This document shows, in pieces, positions 34,410 to 47,261 of a stretch of 64,000 bases of DNA (within the stretch, counting starts at the first letter, position 1; every line of letters begins with the position of its first letter). This DNA comes from Sphyrna mokarran (taxonomy: Eukaryota), in NCBI GenBank assembly GCA_024679065.1, contig JAGIQG010000043.1:1240001-1304000 (forward strand), given 5' to 3'. The position numbers were made by a program, and so were the translations under genes. The notes below the pieces were generated by a model, which was not told the origin of the DNA, ran no database searches, and worked only from the letters and a program-made list of their open reading frames with translations.

Positions 34410-35070
34410 AACATAGAAACATAGAAACTGAAAGTAGGCATGGGCCATTTGGCCCTTCAAATCTGTTCTGCAATTCAACATGACCCCAGCTGATCATCAA
34501 ATTCAATATCCTGATCCCCTTTCCCCTATAATTCTTGATCCCTTTAGCCCCAAAAGCTATATCTAAGTTATTCTTGAAGTCACAAAGCTGCGTTTTGGGC
34601 TGCTGATTTCCACACATTCACCACTCTTCAGGTGAACAAGTTTCTCCCCACCTTATTCCAATAACTTTTACACCTGATCATCAAATGTTGACTCCTGTTC
34701 TGTATCCCCCATCATCGGGAACACTCTTTACGAATCTACCCCATTTAACCCTGTTAAAACTCTTTAGTTTCCACAATATTCTCTCTCACTCTTCTCACCT
34801 CCACTGAATATAATCCTATCTGACTTAATCTGTCCTCGTATGACGTCGTACATCCCAGGAATAACCTTCGTTTTACTCCCTCTGTAGGAATGACATCGTT
34901 CCTCAGATATGTGCACCAAAACTGTAAAGAATGCTCCAGTGTGATCTCACCAAGGCAAGATACACTTGCATCAAAGCATCGCTATTTCAGTACTCAAAAT
35001 CTTTCGCTATGAAAGCCAAGATGCCATTTCCATTCTTTATTGTCTACTGTACCCGAGTGCTTACTTTCAG
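34410..35070 (-). mobile_element. Old CR1 3' fragment
   Basis: CATAGAAA tail; homologous to 3260-4060. Confidence 0.7.
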
Positions 35071-36869
35071 CAAAAAAAAAACGGCTCCAAGAGATTTTGC
35101 TGAAGGCAAAAAGTTGTTTCCTATGCAGAAATACATCCATGATTCTGATTATACCGAAAAAAAATCATTATGCTATTCCACATCAATCAAAACGTGTTTT
35201 CTTTGTTTTCAATAAAACTGGGGCTTCGCTTTGATTCTCAGAATTTCGCCCGCTCAACCAACCCCCTCCCTACTCCACCGCATCTCCCCTGTTCCTCCCG
35301 CGCCCCTACTCGCTCACCATCACCACCGTATTTCTCCTTACTGGACTGCAGGTGCTCTGTTTTTGATGTATTTGGTCCGACATTTTTCAACTGGTTGCAT
35401 TCTCGTCACCTCGAATATACCCTGGGATATCTATTAACGGATGGATTTCAGGTCCAGCCAGCGAGGCGGAAACTTCGACATCAGCCTCTCTATGGAAACT
35501 TGGGTTCAACGACACTCTCCATACCTTTGAAATGAACTCCTGTGAAAGTCTTATGAATGAAAGTGCCTCATTAGGAAGCAACATAATAGTTTGGAGGGGA
35601 GTAGACAATTCAGCCCATCGAGGACGCTCCACAATCTACATGGTCATGGCTGTCTTTATTCTGATCTCAACTCCACTTACCTGTCTGTACCCACAGCTCT
35701 TTATCCGGCTTTTCATCAGACACATATCAATTTATTTCTTCATCCTGTTGAGTGATTCTGCCTTCACTGCGCTCTGAAGCACAGATACACAACCGTCTGA
35801 GAGAAGCAGTTTCTTCTCATCGTAGTTTTGAGCCTATCCCCTCCCTTGCTATATCTGTGAGCTTCTGTCCTAGATTGTCCCAATCCGGGGTCATCTGTTG
35901 AACGTTCACCATATCAATTCCTTCAGCATTTTATATATCCCGATCTGATAACCAATCCCCCTCTCCCCCGCAATTCTTCTGACTTCATAAGCACAAGCAA
36001 TGCAACTGTCACTCGTATGATGGACTTTTCATCCCCAGAATCAATCTGATGGACTTCCTGCGAACTTCCTCCATTGTCACCACATCCTTCGCCAAGCTAG
36101 GAGAATAAAATTGGACACAATGATCCAAGTGCAGTCTGACCAATGACTTATCCAACTCTAACATCACCTCCATGCGCAACAAATGCCAAGATTCGTTTTC
36201 CATTACAGAGGGCGAGTTATTGCGCGTGACTGTTTCCCAATTTATGGAATACTGAGGTGTGATACATGTTAGAGCAGACCAATTTATCAGATTACAAGGG
36301 ATCCATTTGCTGTGTGTGTCTCTGTAGAATCATTTAATCAGTAGCCTATTGAAGATGTCTCAATCTTACTCAATTTAAATCTCTGTTTTTTTTTAATGCT
36401 TTTCTTTATCCCAGAGACAATTTGGATGCTTAGTCAATCAGATGGATTGATAGACACAAATAAACAAGATACATAAAATCCCAATGAAAATTGAAGTTTA
36501 TTCAAAGATTGGCGATAAGGTTTCTTCATGACCCATCAATGGTCTAATGAAAAAGAACTGGCAGCTTATGCTGCGTAACTCATTTCACTGATTCTCTTCC
36601 TGCTGCACTCAGTAACATTGGGTTCCTCAGATTCATAATCCTCTGAGAGATGCAGTTTCATTTCCTCACTGTTTCGAACGTACCACTTTACTATATACTT
36701 GTGACTGCTTGTTCTGGATTATGCACTAGGGAGGACATGTTTTCAACGTACAATAGGGCAATATTTATATATTAATAGTGTGGAGGAAGGAAGTGAAGTT
36801 GATGCGAAGATTGCCGATGAGTTTTGCTCATGCTCCATCAGACTCGAATGGCCGAATCGAGAACAACTG

Positions 36870-38400
36870 TCAGCTCACATAGCATCCGGGAGGCAGAGCG
36901 GCTGGTAGATAGCAGCTATCGGGAAGAGGTAATACCGAAAAATGAATCTAGCTGGGTGACAGTCAGGAGAGCGGAGAAGAGGAGACAATCAGTGCAGGGA
37001 TCCCCTGTGGTTGTTCCCTCCAAAGTAAGTATATCGTTTTGGATACTGCGGGGGATGATGACCTTCCAGGGGTAAGTCATGGTGACCAGGTCTCTTGGTA
37101 CCGAGCCGAGCTCTGTGGATCAGATGGAAAAGGGGCAGAATCGGAGGGCCATAGCAGTAGGGGATTCAATTGTTAGAGGTAAAGACAGGCGGTTCTGTGG
37201 GCGTGAACAAGACTCCAGGATGGTAGTCTGCCTCCCTGGTGCTATGGTCCTGGATGTCTCTGAGCGGTTAGAGAGCATCCCAAAAGCGAGGGTAATCAGA
37301 CAGACGTCATTGTCCACATTCCTACAAATGACATAGACAGAAAGAGCAGGGAGGTCATGTAAGAGCAATTTAGGGAGTTAGGTAGAAGGCTAAAAAAATG
37401 ACTTCTGGGTTAGCAATCTCTGGATGGTTCCCCGGGTCACGTGCTAGTGAGGCTGAGAGCAGGGAGGTAGTGCCGCTGGGCATGTGGATAAAGAACTGGT
37501 GCAGGAGAGAGGCTTTCCGATTCGTGGATACCGGGAATGTCTTCAGAGAGGATGGGACCTGTACAGGAAGGACCAGTTACACCTGAACTGGAGGGGCATC
37601 AATATCCTGGCTGGGAGGTTTACTAGTGTGGTTCAGGAGAGTTTAAACAGGTTTGGCAATGGGGGTTGGAATCAGAACAGGTCAGCAAGCGAAGAGACTG
37701 GGGGGCGAACATTGGGCCAAAACAAAGCTACCTAAAAGGGACAGCAATCTCGGGGAGGATGAACTCAGGAGGCCTGGAGGTTTGTAGTGCATCTGCTTAA
37801 ATTAAGGAGCGAATAGGCAAGGCAGATGTATTTAGAGCTTTAATACAGGCAGTAAACTTCGATGCGGTTGCAGTAAAAGGGACTTAAAAGAAGGACAGGA
37901 TTGGCAGCTGAATATTCCGGGGTATAATTGTTTTAGGTGAGGCAGAGGAGGGACTTGAAGAGATGGGGGGATAGCAATACTGGTTAAGGAGCATATTGCA
38001 GCGGTACAGTGGGGACAATTTGGCAGGATCATGTCACAAAACACTTTCGGTAGAGCAAGAACAAGAAGGGCACAGTCACTTTGGTGGAGTTATAATACAG
38101 GCCTTCCAACAGCCCACGGAAAGTTGTGGAATGGATACGTAAAACAAAATCTGTATAGGTGCAGAAAAAAATGGGATTGTCGTGGGAATCTAATTTCCCT
38201 CATATAGACTGGAAATCCCTTAGGTCTGAGGGTCCGGACGCGAAGGAATTTGTAAAATGTGCCCAGATAGGTTCTTTGAAACAAACGTTGAAAGTCCTAC
38301 TAGACACGGAGTTATATTGGACCGAGTACTGGTGAATGAGCCAGGCCAGGTCATCAAAATTTCAATGGGGGGCATGCAGTGAACAATGATGACAATTCTG
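36870..38400 (+). mobile_element. Old, decayed CR1 ORF1 esterase and endonuclease region
   Basis: AVGDSIVRG, VVCLPGA, WDLYRKDQLHLN; many stops and frameshifts. Confidence 0.8.
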
Positions 38401-39534
38401 TAAACTACATCCTGCGCTCTTGCATTTAAATTTGACACAGTTGAGCATGAGGTGCTTCACTCTGGGTCTAATTCAAATAATCAACACGAAATCTTTTATC
38501 AAACAAAGTTTATTTAAGAATACAGGTCAATTTAAATCAAAAGAATTAGCATAACCTTTCCCAATTACACCAATCGAACATGACGTAGCATAAACTTCAC
38601 CAGCTAGCTGTCTATGAAGTTCCAATCCAAATAACATATCCCAGAAATACGCGCCTTCCGAAGCTTCGCACAAAAGGTAAGATATTCACGTGGTGCTGAG
38701 TTTTTAGCTTTTTTAAACACGTGTCGTGAATCGATGCTTTGACTTTTGGGTTAAATTGCTGAGGCTTCCGAGTCCCCGAAATTTCCAAAAAGCTTCTGGA
38801 GAGAGAAATGGCCTGGCACATGCCAGCCTCCATCAGCTTTTAATAGTAACTCACTGACAGCATAATTTCCAACTCCAGAGCAAGTGCAAATGCGCTGTAA
38901 CTGCTTCCTGCCTTAGGCTACTGCTAAACAACAGAAGTGGTCTCTTCTGTTAAAGAAAACAATCGCCAGGCAATCACGCTCCATCCGGTCGTTCCAAAAG
39001 GATCATATCACCCGAGGATACTGCACTAATCCAAATTAAAAAGGAACCAGGTGGCGATTGTGTTGCTTCTGTTGTAATTGGAGGACACCAATTTCTGTGA
39101 CCAAAGCAGAGCCAACACAGCTGCTTGAAAATCCGACTACGTAACACGATTAAAACACATTTTTTAAAGGCACATTATTGCCACAACTACTTACAGGTTA
39201 CATCAGCTGTGTTTGGAAACGTTTTGTTCTTGAATGTAATCGTTCGGAAACACAATTGGCGCCTCAAATGCACATGCCAATCACATGTGAAACGTTTCCT
39301 TTTTACTGACTTAATGTAATACATTTCCAAACCACATTTAATTTCATAATCAATAAAACCCTGAACTAGAAACCGTTGGTCTGATCATTACTGGATAAAT
39401 ATATTCCAATTTCTCTATAACATCGATTTTCCTAACCAATACAATCGTTCTCAAATTAAAAAAAAATACAGTTTATTGGCCGTAAAATCATACCTAACAG
39501 ATATTGCAAATTGGTCCTGCAGAAATATACAGAA

Positions 39535-40123
39535 ATATGCAGATGATACTAAAGTTGGTGGTGTGGTAGATAGTGAAGAGGGGTGTTTTAGTTTACAGAG
39601 TGACTTGGACAAGTTGCAGAGCTGGGCCGAGAGGTGGCAAATGGAGTTTAATGTGGAAAAGTGTGAGGTAATGCACATTGGCAGGAACAATAAATGTGTA
39701 GAGTATAGGGCTAATGGTAGGGCTCTTAATAGTGTTGAGGAACAGAAGGATCTTGGTGTATGTGTCAATAGATCCCTGAAAGTAGGCAGTCAAGTGGATA
39801 AAGTTGTTAAGAAGGCATATGGAGTCTTAGCTTTTATTGGTAAGGGGATTGAATTTAGGAGCCTCAACGTCATGTTGCAACTGTACAAAACTCTAGTGCG
39901 GCCGCACTTGGAGTATTGTGTGCAGTTCTGGTCCCCACATTATAAGAAAGATGTGGAGGCATTGGAGAGGGTACAGAGGAGGTTTACCAGGATGTTGCCT
40001 GGTATGGAGGGCAGGTCCTATGAAGAGAGGTTGAAGGATTTGAGGTTGTTTCGTTAGAAAGGAGGCGGCTAAGAGGGGATCTTATTGAAGCATATAAGAT
40101 GATTAGAGGTTTAGATAGGGTGG
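39535..40123 (+). mobile_element. CR1 RT fragment running into an assembly gap
   Basis: YADDTKVGG...PHLEYCVQFW in ORF 39476-40057. Confidence 0.9.
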
Positions 40124-40223
40124 NNNNNNNNNNNNNNNNNNNNNNNNNNNNNNNNNNNNNNNNNNNNNNNNNNNNNNNNNNNNNNNNNNNNNNNNNNNNN
40201 NNNNNNNNNNNNNNNNNNNNNNN
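40124..40223. other. Assembly gap (100 N)
   Basis: Run of n. Confidence 1.
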
Positions 40224-40525
40224 AATCTATTAAGATGGGTAATTAATCTTCCTGGAGGGTGCAGGACGGGTTAAGTTAATTTTCCTAAATATAATTCAGT
40301 CATTCAGATATTTACTTCAACCATGGTCTGTCTATAATTTGACATGATCCGATTTATTATTGGCATATTATCGGGATACATTGAAAAGTGTTGTTCCTTG
40401 TGCAGTATACAGGCACAACGTACCGATCACAAAGCACATAGATTTAATTTATCATGGTCACGTGTATTAGAGCACAGTGCAAGGTATTGCTTCCTATGTA
40501 TCATCCAGGCAAAACATGCCTGGAT

Positions 40526-43500
40526 GAGCGGGAGTAGTTTTTGCCGTTTTTTATTTGAACTAACTTGTAACCGGAAGTCGTCACTAGGAGGCTGCCGGTA
40601 GTTGTAGTTTTTAAGCTATATAAGTACTAACCTCTGGGTATCGGCCTCATTGTTCCATTGGAGCAGCACGGAGAGGCAGCGATTTGGGAGAGCGAGAAGT
40701 TCGATTGTTAAGTAGTTTTTTAACTTTTCTTTGTTTAAAACAGCGAGCGGGAGTAGTTTTTGCCGTTTTTATTTAAACTAACTTGTAACCGGAAGTCGTC
40801 ACTAGGAGGCTGCCGGTAGTTGTAGTTTTTCTCTCTGACTCTATAAATTGGTCCAGAGAGGAAACCCGATACTCTACACAGGTAGAGTATCCCACCCTCC
40901 CCCCTCCTCTAACCTAATAATAAAAGTGTGTGAAGTTTTTTTTTCTCTCCTGGAAATTAAAGTAACAGTGATGGCAGTGCAGGCACTACGTTGCACCTCC
41001 TGCGGTATGTATGAGGTGAGGGACAACAGTAGTGTTCCTGCTGATTACACCTGCAGGAAGTGTGCATATTTGCAGCTCCTTGAGGATCGTGTTAAAGAGC
41101 TGGAGCTGGAATTAGAGGAGCTCAGGGTAATTCGAGAGGTTGAGGAGGATATAGGCAGGAGTAACAAAGAGATTGTAACTCCTAAAAGTGATAATTGGGT
41201 AACTATTAGGAGGAGGGGTAAGAAGCAATCGGGGAGACAATCCCCTGGGGCTGTTCCCCTCCAAAATAAATTTTCTGTCTTGGAGGCTACAGTTGAGGAA
41301 GAATGAACTGGAGCTGACCAAAGGGAGCAGGTCTCTGGGGGTGAGTCTGCTGAGAATGCTAAGGTGGGTGGGGGCAATAAGAGATTAGGCCTAGTTATAG
41401 GAGACTCCATAGTTAGAGGGACAGATAGGAGGGTAAATAGTAATAAACAGGACTCAGGGCTGGTGTGTTGCCTCCCAGGGGCTGGGGTCCAGGATGTCGC
41501 AGATCGGGTTTTTAAGATTCTTAAGGGTGAGGGGAGTCAGCCCCAAGTCATAGTTCATGTGGGGACACATGATGTAGGTAGGACAAGGGAAGGGGATATT
41601 AAACAGAAATTTATGGAGTTAGGGTGGAAGCTTAGGTCCATAACAGGCAGAGTGGTTATCTCTGGACTCTTGCTGTGCCAAGAGATAGTTTAGAGATGAA
41701 CAGAGAAAGGGATAGTTTGAACTCATGGCTGCGTGGATGGTGCAGGAGGGAGGGGTTCAGGTTCCTTAACAATTGGGACTCATTCTGGGATAGGTGGGAC
41801 CTCTTCAAGAGAGATGGTCTACACCTGAACCAGAGGGGGACTAATATCTTGGGGGGAAAATTTGCTAAGGCTATGATGGGGGCTTTAAACTGATTCGGGG
41901 GGGGGCGGTGGGATCCTAAGTAGTTGGGGTGCTGAGAGGGATGAGAGTAAGGGGGTTATAGAAGAGAGTTGTAAAACACAGCGCGTACGGGTGGGGTGGG
42001 GCATGGTTTGAAATGCGTATACTTTAATGCAAGGAGTATTCGCAATAAGGGGGAGGAACTTGCAGCTTGGACCAGTACCTGGAACTTCGATGTTGTGGCC
42101 ATTTCAGAGACTTGGGTAGAGCAGGGACAGGAATGGATGTTGCAGGTTCCGGGGTACAAATGCTTTAGTCGGAGTAGAGAAGGAGGTAGAAGGGGGGGAG
42201 GAGTGGCGTTATTGGTCAAAGACTGTATCACGGTGATAGAAAAGAAGTTTGATGAGGACTTGTCTGTTGAGGTAGTATGGGCTGAGATTAGAAACAGGAG
42301 AGGAGAGGTCACCCTGTTGGGAGTCTTTTACAGACCTCCTAATAGTTCTAGAGAGGTTGAGGAAAGGATTGCGAAGTCAATTCTGATTAGGAGTGAAAGT
42401 AGTAGGGTAATTGTGATGGGGGACTTTAACTTTGCTAATATTGATTGGAATAGCTATAGCTCTAGCTCGTTAGAGGGGTCAGTTTTCGTACAGAGTGTGC
42501 AGGAAGGTTTTTTGACTCAGTATGTAGATAGGCCAACTAGAGGTGAGGCTACATTGGATTTGGTGCTGGGCAATGAGCCAGACCAGGTGTTAGGCTTGGA
42601 AGTTAGTGAACATTTTGGTGATAGTGACCACAATTCGGTTACGTTCACCTTAGTGATGGATAGGGATAGGCATGAAGCTGGGGGCAGTAGTTATAGCTGG
42701 GGGAAGGGTAATTATGAGGCCATCAGGAGAGAATTAGGGTGCATAGATTGGACTAGGAAACTACAGGGACTGGGAACATCTGGAATGTGGTGCTTATTCA
42801 AGGAGCAGCTGCTGCGAGTCCTTGATAAGTATGTCCCTGTCAGGCAGGGAGGAAATGGTCGAGTAAGAGAGCCTTGGTGTACGAAAAAAGTTGATTTGCT
42901 GGTTAAGAAGAAAAAGGAGGCTTATGTCAGGATGAGGCTTGAAGGCTCAGTTAGTGCAATGGATAGCTATAGATTAGCCAGGAAGGAGCTAAAAAGTGAA
43001 TTGAGGAGAGCTAAGAGGGGACACGAGAAGATGTTGGCTGATAGGATTAAGGAGAATCCTAAAGCTTTCTTTCGATATGTTAAGAATAGAAGATTGGTTA
43101 GGGCAAGATTAGGGCCAGTCATAGACAGCAGTGGGAAGTTGTGCGTGGAGCCTGAAGAGATTGGTGAGGCACTGAATAAATATTTCTCTTCGGTATTCAC
43201 GCAGAGTGCTGGAAATGTAGCTATGGAGAGCACTGAGGTACAGGGTTGCAAATTGGGAAGTATTGTAGTAGATAGGGAGGATGTGTTAGAAATTCTCGAG
43301 GGTTTGAAGTTGGATAAGTCCCCTGGGCCGGACGGGATTTACCCTAGAATTCTCTGGGAGGCAAGAGAGGAGATTGCAGAGCCTCTGGCTCTGATCTTCA
43401 GGTCCTCGTTGGTTACGGGTGTGGTTCGGAGGACTGGAGGATAGCGAATGTGGTCCCATTGTTTAAGAAGGGGAAGAGAGACCTTCCAGGGAATTATAGG

Positions 43501-44871
43501 CCAGTGAGTCTTACTTCTGTTGTGGGCAAAGTATTGGAGAGAATTATTAGGGATAGGATTTATAGTTATTTAGAGAGAAATGAATTGATTGGGGATAGTC
43601 AGCATGGTTTTGTGAAGGGTAGGTCGTGCCTTACTAACCTCATTGAGTTTTTTGAAAAAGTGACCAAAGAGGTGGATGGGGTAAGGCGGTTGATGTGGTA
43701 TATATGGACTTTAGTAAGGCGTTCGATAAGGTGGCCCATGGAAGGCTTCTGCAGAAAATGCAGATGTATGGGATAGAGGGTGATTTAGCTAATTGATTAG
43801 GAATTGGCTGGCAGATAGAAGACAGAGGGTGGTGGTTGATGGGAGATATTCATCGTGGAGTTCGGTGACGAGTGGTGTGCCTCAGGGGTCTGTTTTGGGG
43901 CCCCTGCTGTTTGTAATTTTTATTAATGATCTGGATGAGGGTATTGAAGGATGGATTAGTAAATTTGTGGATGACACTAAAGTCGGTGGAGTGGTAGATA
44001 GTGAAGAGGGGTGTTATAGTTTGCAGAGGGACTTGGACAAGTTGCAGAGCTGGCCGAGAGGTGGCAAATGGAGTTTAATGTGGAAAAGTGTGAGGTAATG
44101 CACTATGGCAGAAATAATAAATGTGTAGAGTATAGGGCTAATGGTAGGATTCTTAATAGTGTTGATGAACAGAGGGATCTTGGTGTATATATGCATAGAT
44201 CCCTGAAAGTAGGAAGTCAAGTCGATAAGGTTGTTAAGAAGGCATATGGAGTCTTAGCTTTTATTGGGAGGGGGATTGAATTTCGGAGCCGCAACGTCAT
44301 GTTGCAACTGTACAAAACTCTAGTGCGGCCGCACTTGGAGTATTGTGTACAGTTCTGGTCCCCACATTATAAGAAAGATGTGGAGGCATTGGAGAGGGTA
44401 CAGAGGAGTTTACCAGGATGTTGCCTGGTATGGAGGGCAGGTCTTATGAAGAGAGGCTGAGGGAGTTGAGGTTGTTTTCGTTAGAAAGGAGGCGGCTAAG
44501 AAGGGACCTAATCGAAACATATAAGATGATTAGAGGTTTAGATAGGGTGGACAGTGATAGCCTTTTTCCTAGGATGGAGAAAGCTAGCACGAGGGGACAC
44601 AACTTTAAATTAAGGGGTATGAGTTATAGGACGGATATCAGAGGTAGGTTCTTTACTAAAAGAGTGATTAGGGAGTGGAATGCCCTGCCTGCAGCTGTTG
44701 TCGATGCGCCAAGTTTGGTGGCGTTTAAGAGGTTAGTTGATAAGTATATGGATGAGAAGGGAATGGTTTAGTTAGGAGGGGCATTGCTTTTTATTTTGGT
44801 GGGCACAACATCGAAGGCCGAAGGGCCTGTTCTGTGCTGTATTGTTCTATGTTCTATGTTCTATGTTCTAT
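40526..44871 (+). mobile_element. Near full-length CR1-clade LINE: 5'UTR repeats, ORF1 (CxxC..CxxC zinc finger, coiled coil, GDS esterase; ATG 40971), ORF2 (APE endonuclease + RT), frameshifted
   Basis: [64 protein letters not shown]; (TTCTATG)n tail. Confidence 0.95.
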
Positions 44872-46704
44872 GCCGTTCATAGTGAGTTAGCACTTCTTTG
44901 CCACAGCGCCAGGGCCTGAGGTTCAATTCAATTCAAGAATGCGAAGTCTGCATTCTCTCCTTTTCTCTATATGAATTTCCTCTGGGTGCGTCGCTTTCCT
45001 CCCACAGTGTGAAAAGCATACTGGTTAGGGTCATTGACCATTCTAAAGTTTCCTTCTGTGTACCTAAACAGGCGCCAACGTGTGGAGAATGATTAGGAAT
45101 GAAAATTTTGAGACGAGCGAGTTACGTATGCGTTATTGAATTGTATCACAAGTAGGTTTACATTAACATTGCAATGACATTTCTGTGAAAATACCTCGTC
45201 TGAGCAGTCTGGTGCCTGTTCTGGGGCAATAGTCATGATGTAGAAATGCCGGCGTTGCACTGGGTTAAACACATTAAGAAGTCTCAAAGATTAGAGATTG
45301 AGCCCAATCCGTTTCTTTGATAGATGGAGATGTGTAACCCCCTCACTTGATTGGGCTTGCAAAATCTCACTTAGTGTCTTTTCTGGAAACAATCCACATT
45401 TTCTTAACCTCTGCTGACGTTATCTCCTCTTAAATTGTCTGCATCTTTAAGACTTGAATAGCAGATTAGCTGTAAAGATTTGCATTCTAATCAGTCTGTG
45501 TGACTTTGTATGCCCTTCTCTGATCAGAACGTACCGCATACCTGACGAAGCAACACCGTTTCCGAAAGTTTGTGAGATTACTGACAAATAGACTGGTTGG
45601 ACTCTTACCTGTTGTTGTGAGACGTCTTACTGGAACAATAGGCCAGTGCACCTGTCCAGCATGTCTATCGGACTGTAGGGGGAAACTAGCACAACCGCAG
45701 GAATCCCTCACATACACGGAGATATAGTGCAAATTCCACACAGTGACCTGAGCACAGAAACAACCCCAGTTCTCTGAAATTGTGAGGCATAAGTGATAAA
45801 AGCAGCAAGACACCCACCCTGGGGCCGTAGCTGGGAGGGCAAATGCAGGTTGCCATGCTTTTAAATCCCCTCCGCTACTTCCATTTCTTCCAAAGAGATA
45901 GCAATCATCCTGATTTGTTACCGTGCGTTTGTGTAGACATTACACAGTGCGATGCCAGTGAGGAGCTGGAGAAGGGATTAATCCCAACATTAACGATCAA
46001 CATTAATCTGAATGTGAAGAGACTGCAGAAAGGATTACTGACAAATTGGGTTCTGAAATGAGCAGGGAGTGTTGAGCCTCACTGCCTGAACTGCACGCAT
46101 GCTTGAGGCGGTAGAGGCAGCCGCAGAGAGCGTGGCTCGGCACCAAAGAGGCTCATTACTTGTGACTGCATCTGTTTGCTGTGCCTGAACACCCTTACTC
46201 ACAGCCCGTTCGGTGCTGTGCAAAACGCACTGACGGGAGGAGATCACTGATCAAGATTCCGACCACTTTACCACCTGATGCTTGCGATGGAAAATAATAT
46301 TCGAGCAGAAGCTGTCAGTGCATATCCTTTTTTAATAATTGACTTTTTTTGCGCAGAATTGCCTGCAGTGATCAAACGCTGGGACTAAGTGTTAGAATGC
46401 AGATTGACAAGTGTGTCCAGACTGGGGTGTGTTCATTAAACAGAGAACAGGCTAATGTACAACTTGAGAGAGAGGAACCGCCCGGAAAAAGCACCAATTC
46501 GTCCATGCCGATTAAGTTTCCAAAACAGGAGAAATCCCATTTGCCTGCGATTGGCCAATATTCCAGATACGCACCACACTCTTGTGTGTAAACATTTCTT
46601 CTCAAAACCCTTTTAATCGCTCCCCTCTCAAATTCAAGCTATGGTCTTTAGATTTAGTCTCTCCTATCCTGGATAACCGATACCCGGAATAAAACGGCGC
46701 AGAT

Positions 46705-46804
46705 NNNNNNNNNNNNNNNNNNNNNNNNNNNNNNNNNNNNNNNNNNNNNNNNNNNNNNNNNNNNNNNNNNNNNNNNNNNNNNNNNNNNNNNNNNNNNNNN
46801 NNNN
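46705..46804. other. Assembly gap (100 N)
   Basis: Run of n. Confidence 1.
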
Positions 46805-47261
46805 AGGATGTTGCCTGGTATGGAGGGCAGGTCCTATGAAGAGAGGTTGAAGGATTTGAGGTTGTTTTCGTTAGAAAGGAGGCGGCTAAGAGGGGATCTT
46901 ATTGAAGCATATAAGATGATTAGAGGTTTAGATAGGGTGGACAGTGATAGCCTTTTTCCTAGGATGGAGAAAGCTAGCACGAGGGGACACAGCTTTAAAT
47001 TAAGGGGTATGAGTTATAGGACGGATATCAGAGGTAGGTTCTTTACTCAAAGAGTGATTAGGGAGTGGAATGCCCTGCCTGCAGCTGTTGTCGATGCGCC
47101 AAGTTTGGTGGCGTTTAAGAGGTTAGTTGATAAGTATATGGATGAGAAGGGAATGGTTTAGTTAGGAGGGGCATTGCTTTTTATTTTGGTGGGCACAACA
47201 TCGAAGGCCGAAGGGCCTGTTCTGTGCTGTATTGTTCTATGTTCTATGTTCTATGTTCTAT
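46805..47261 (+). mobile_element. CR1 3' end following an assembly gap
   Basis: ORF 46808-47161 and TTCTATG tail. Confidence 0.9.

Noticed and set aside
34000-35600. Unique-looking stretches near 34000-34400 and 35350-35600 as exons
   Set aside because: No recognisable domain or consistent splice and frame pattern
45738-45766. CACAGTG + 12 nt + aaacaaccc as a 12-RSS (also near 48129)
   Set aside because: Lies in an antisense SINE head, nonamer matches 6 of 9, and there is no adjacent V/D/J segment
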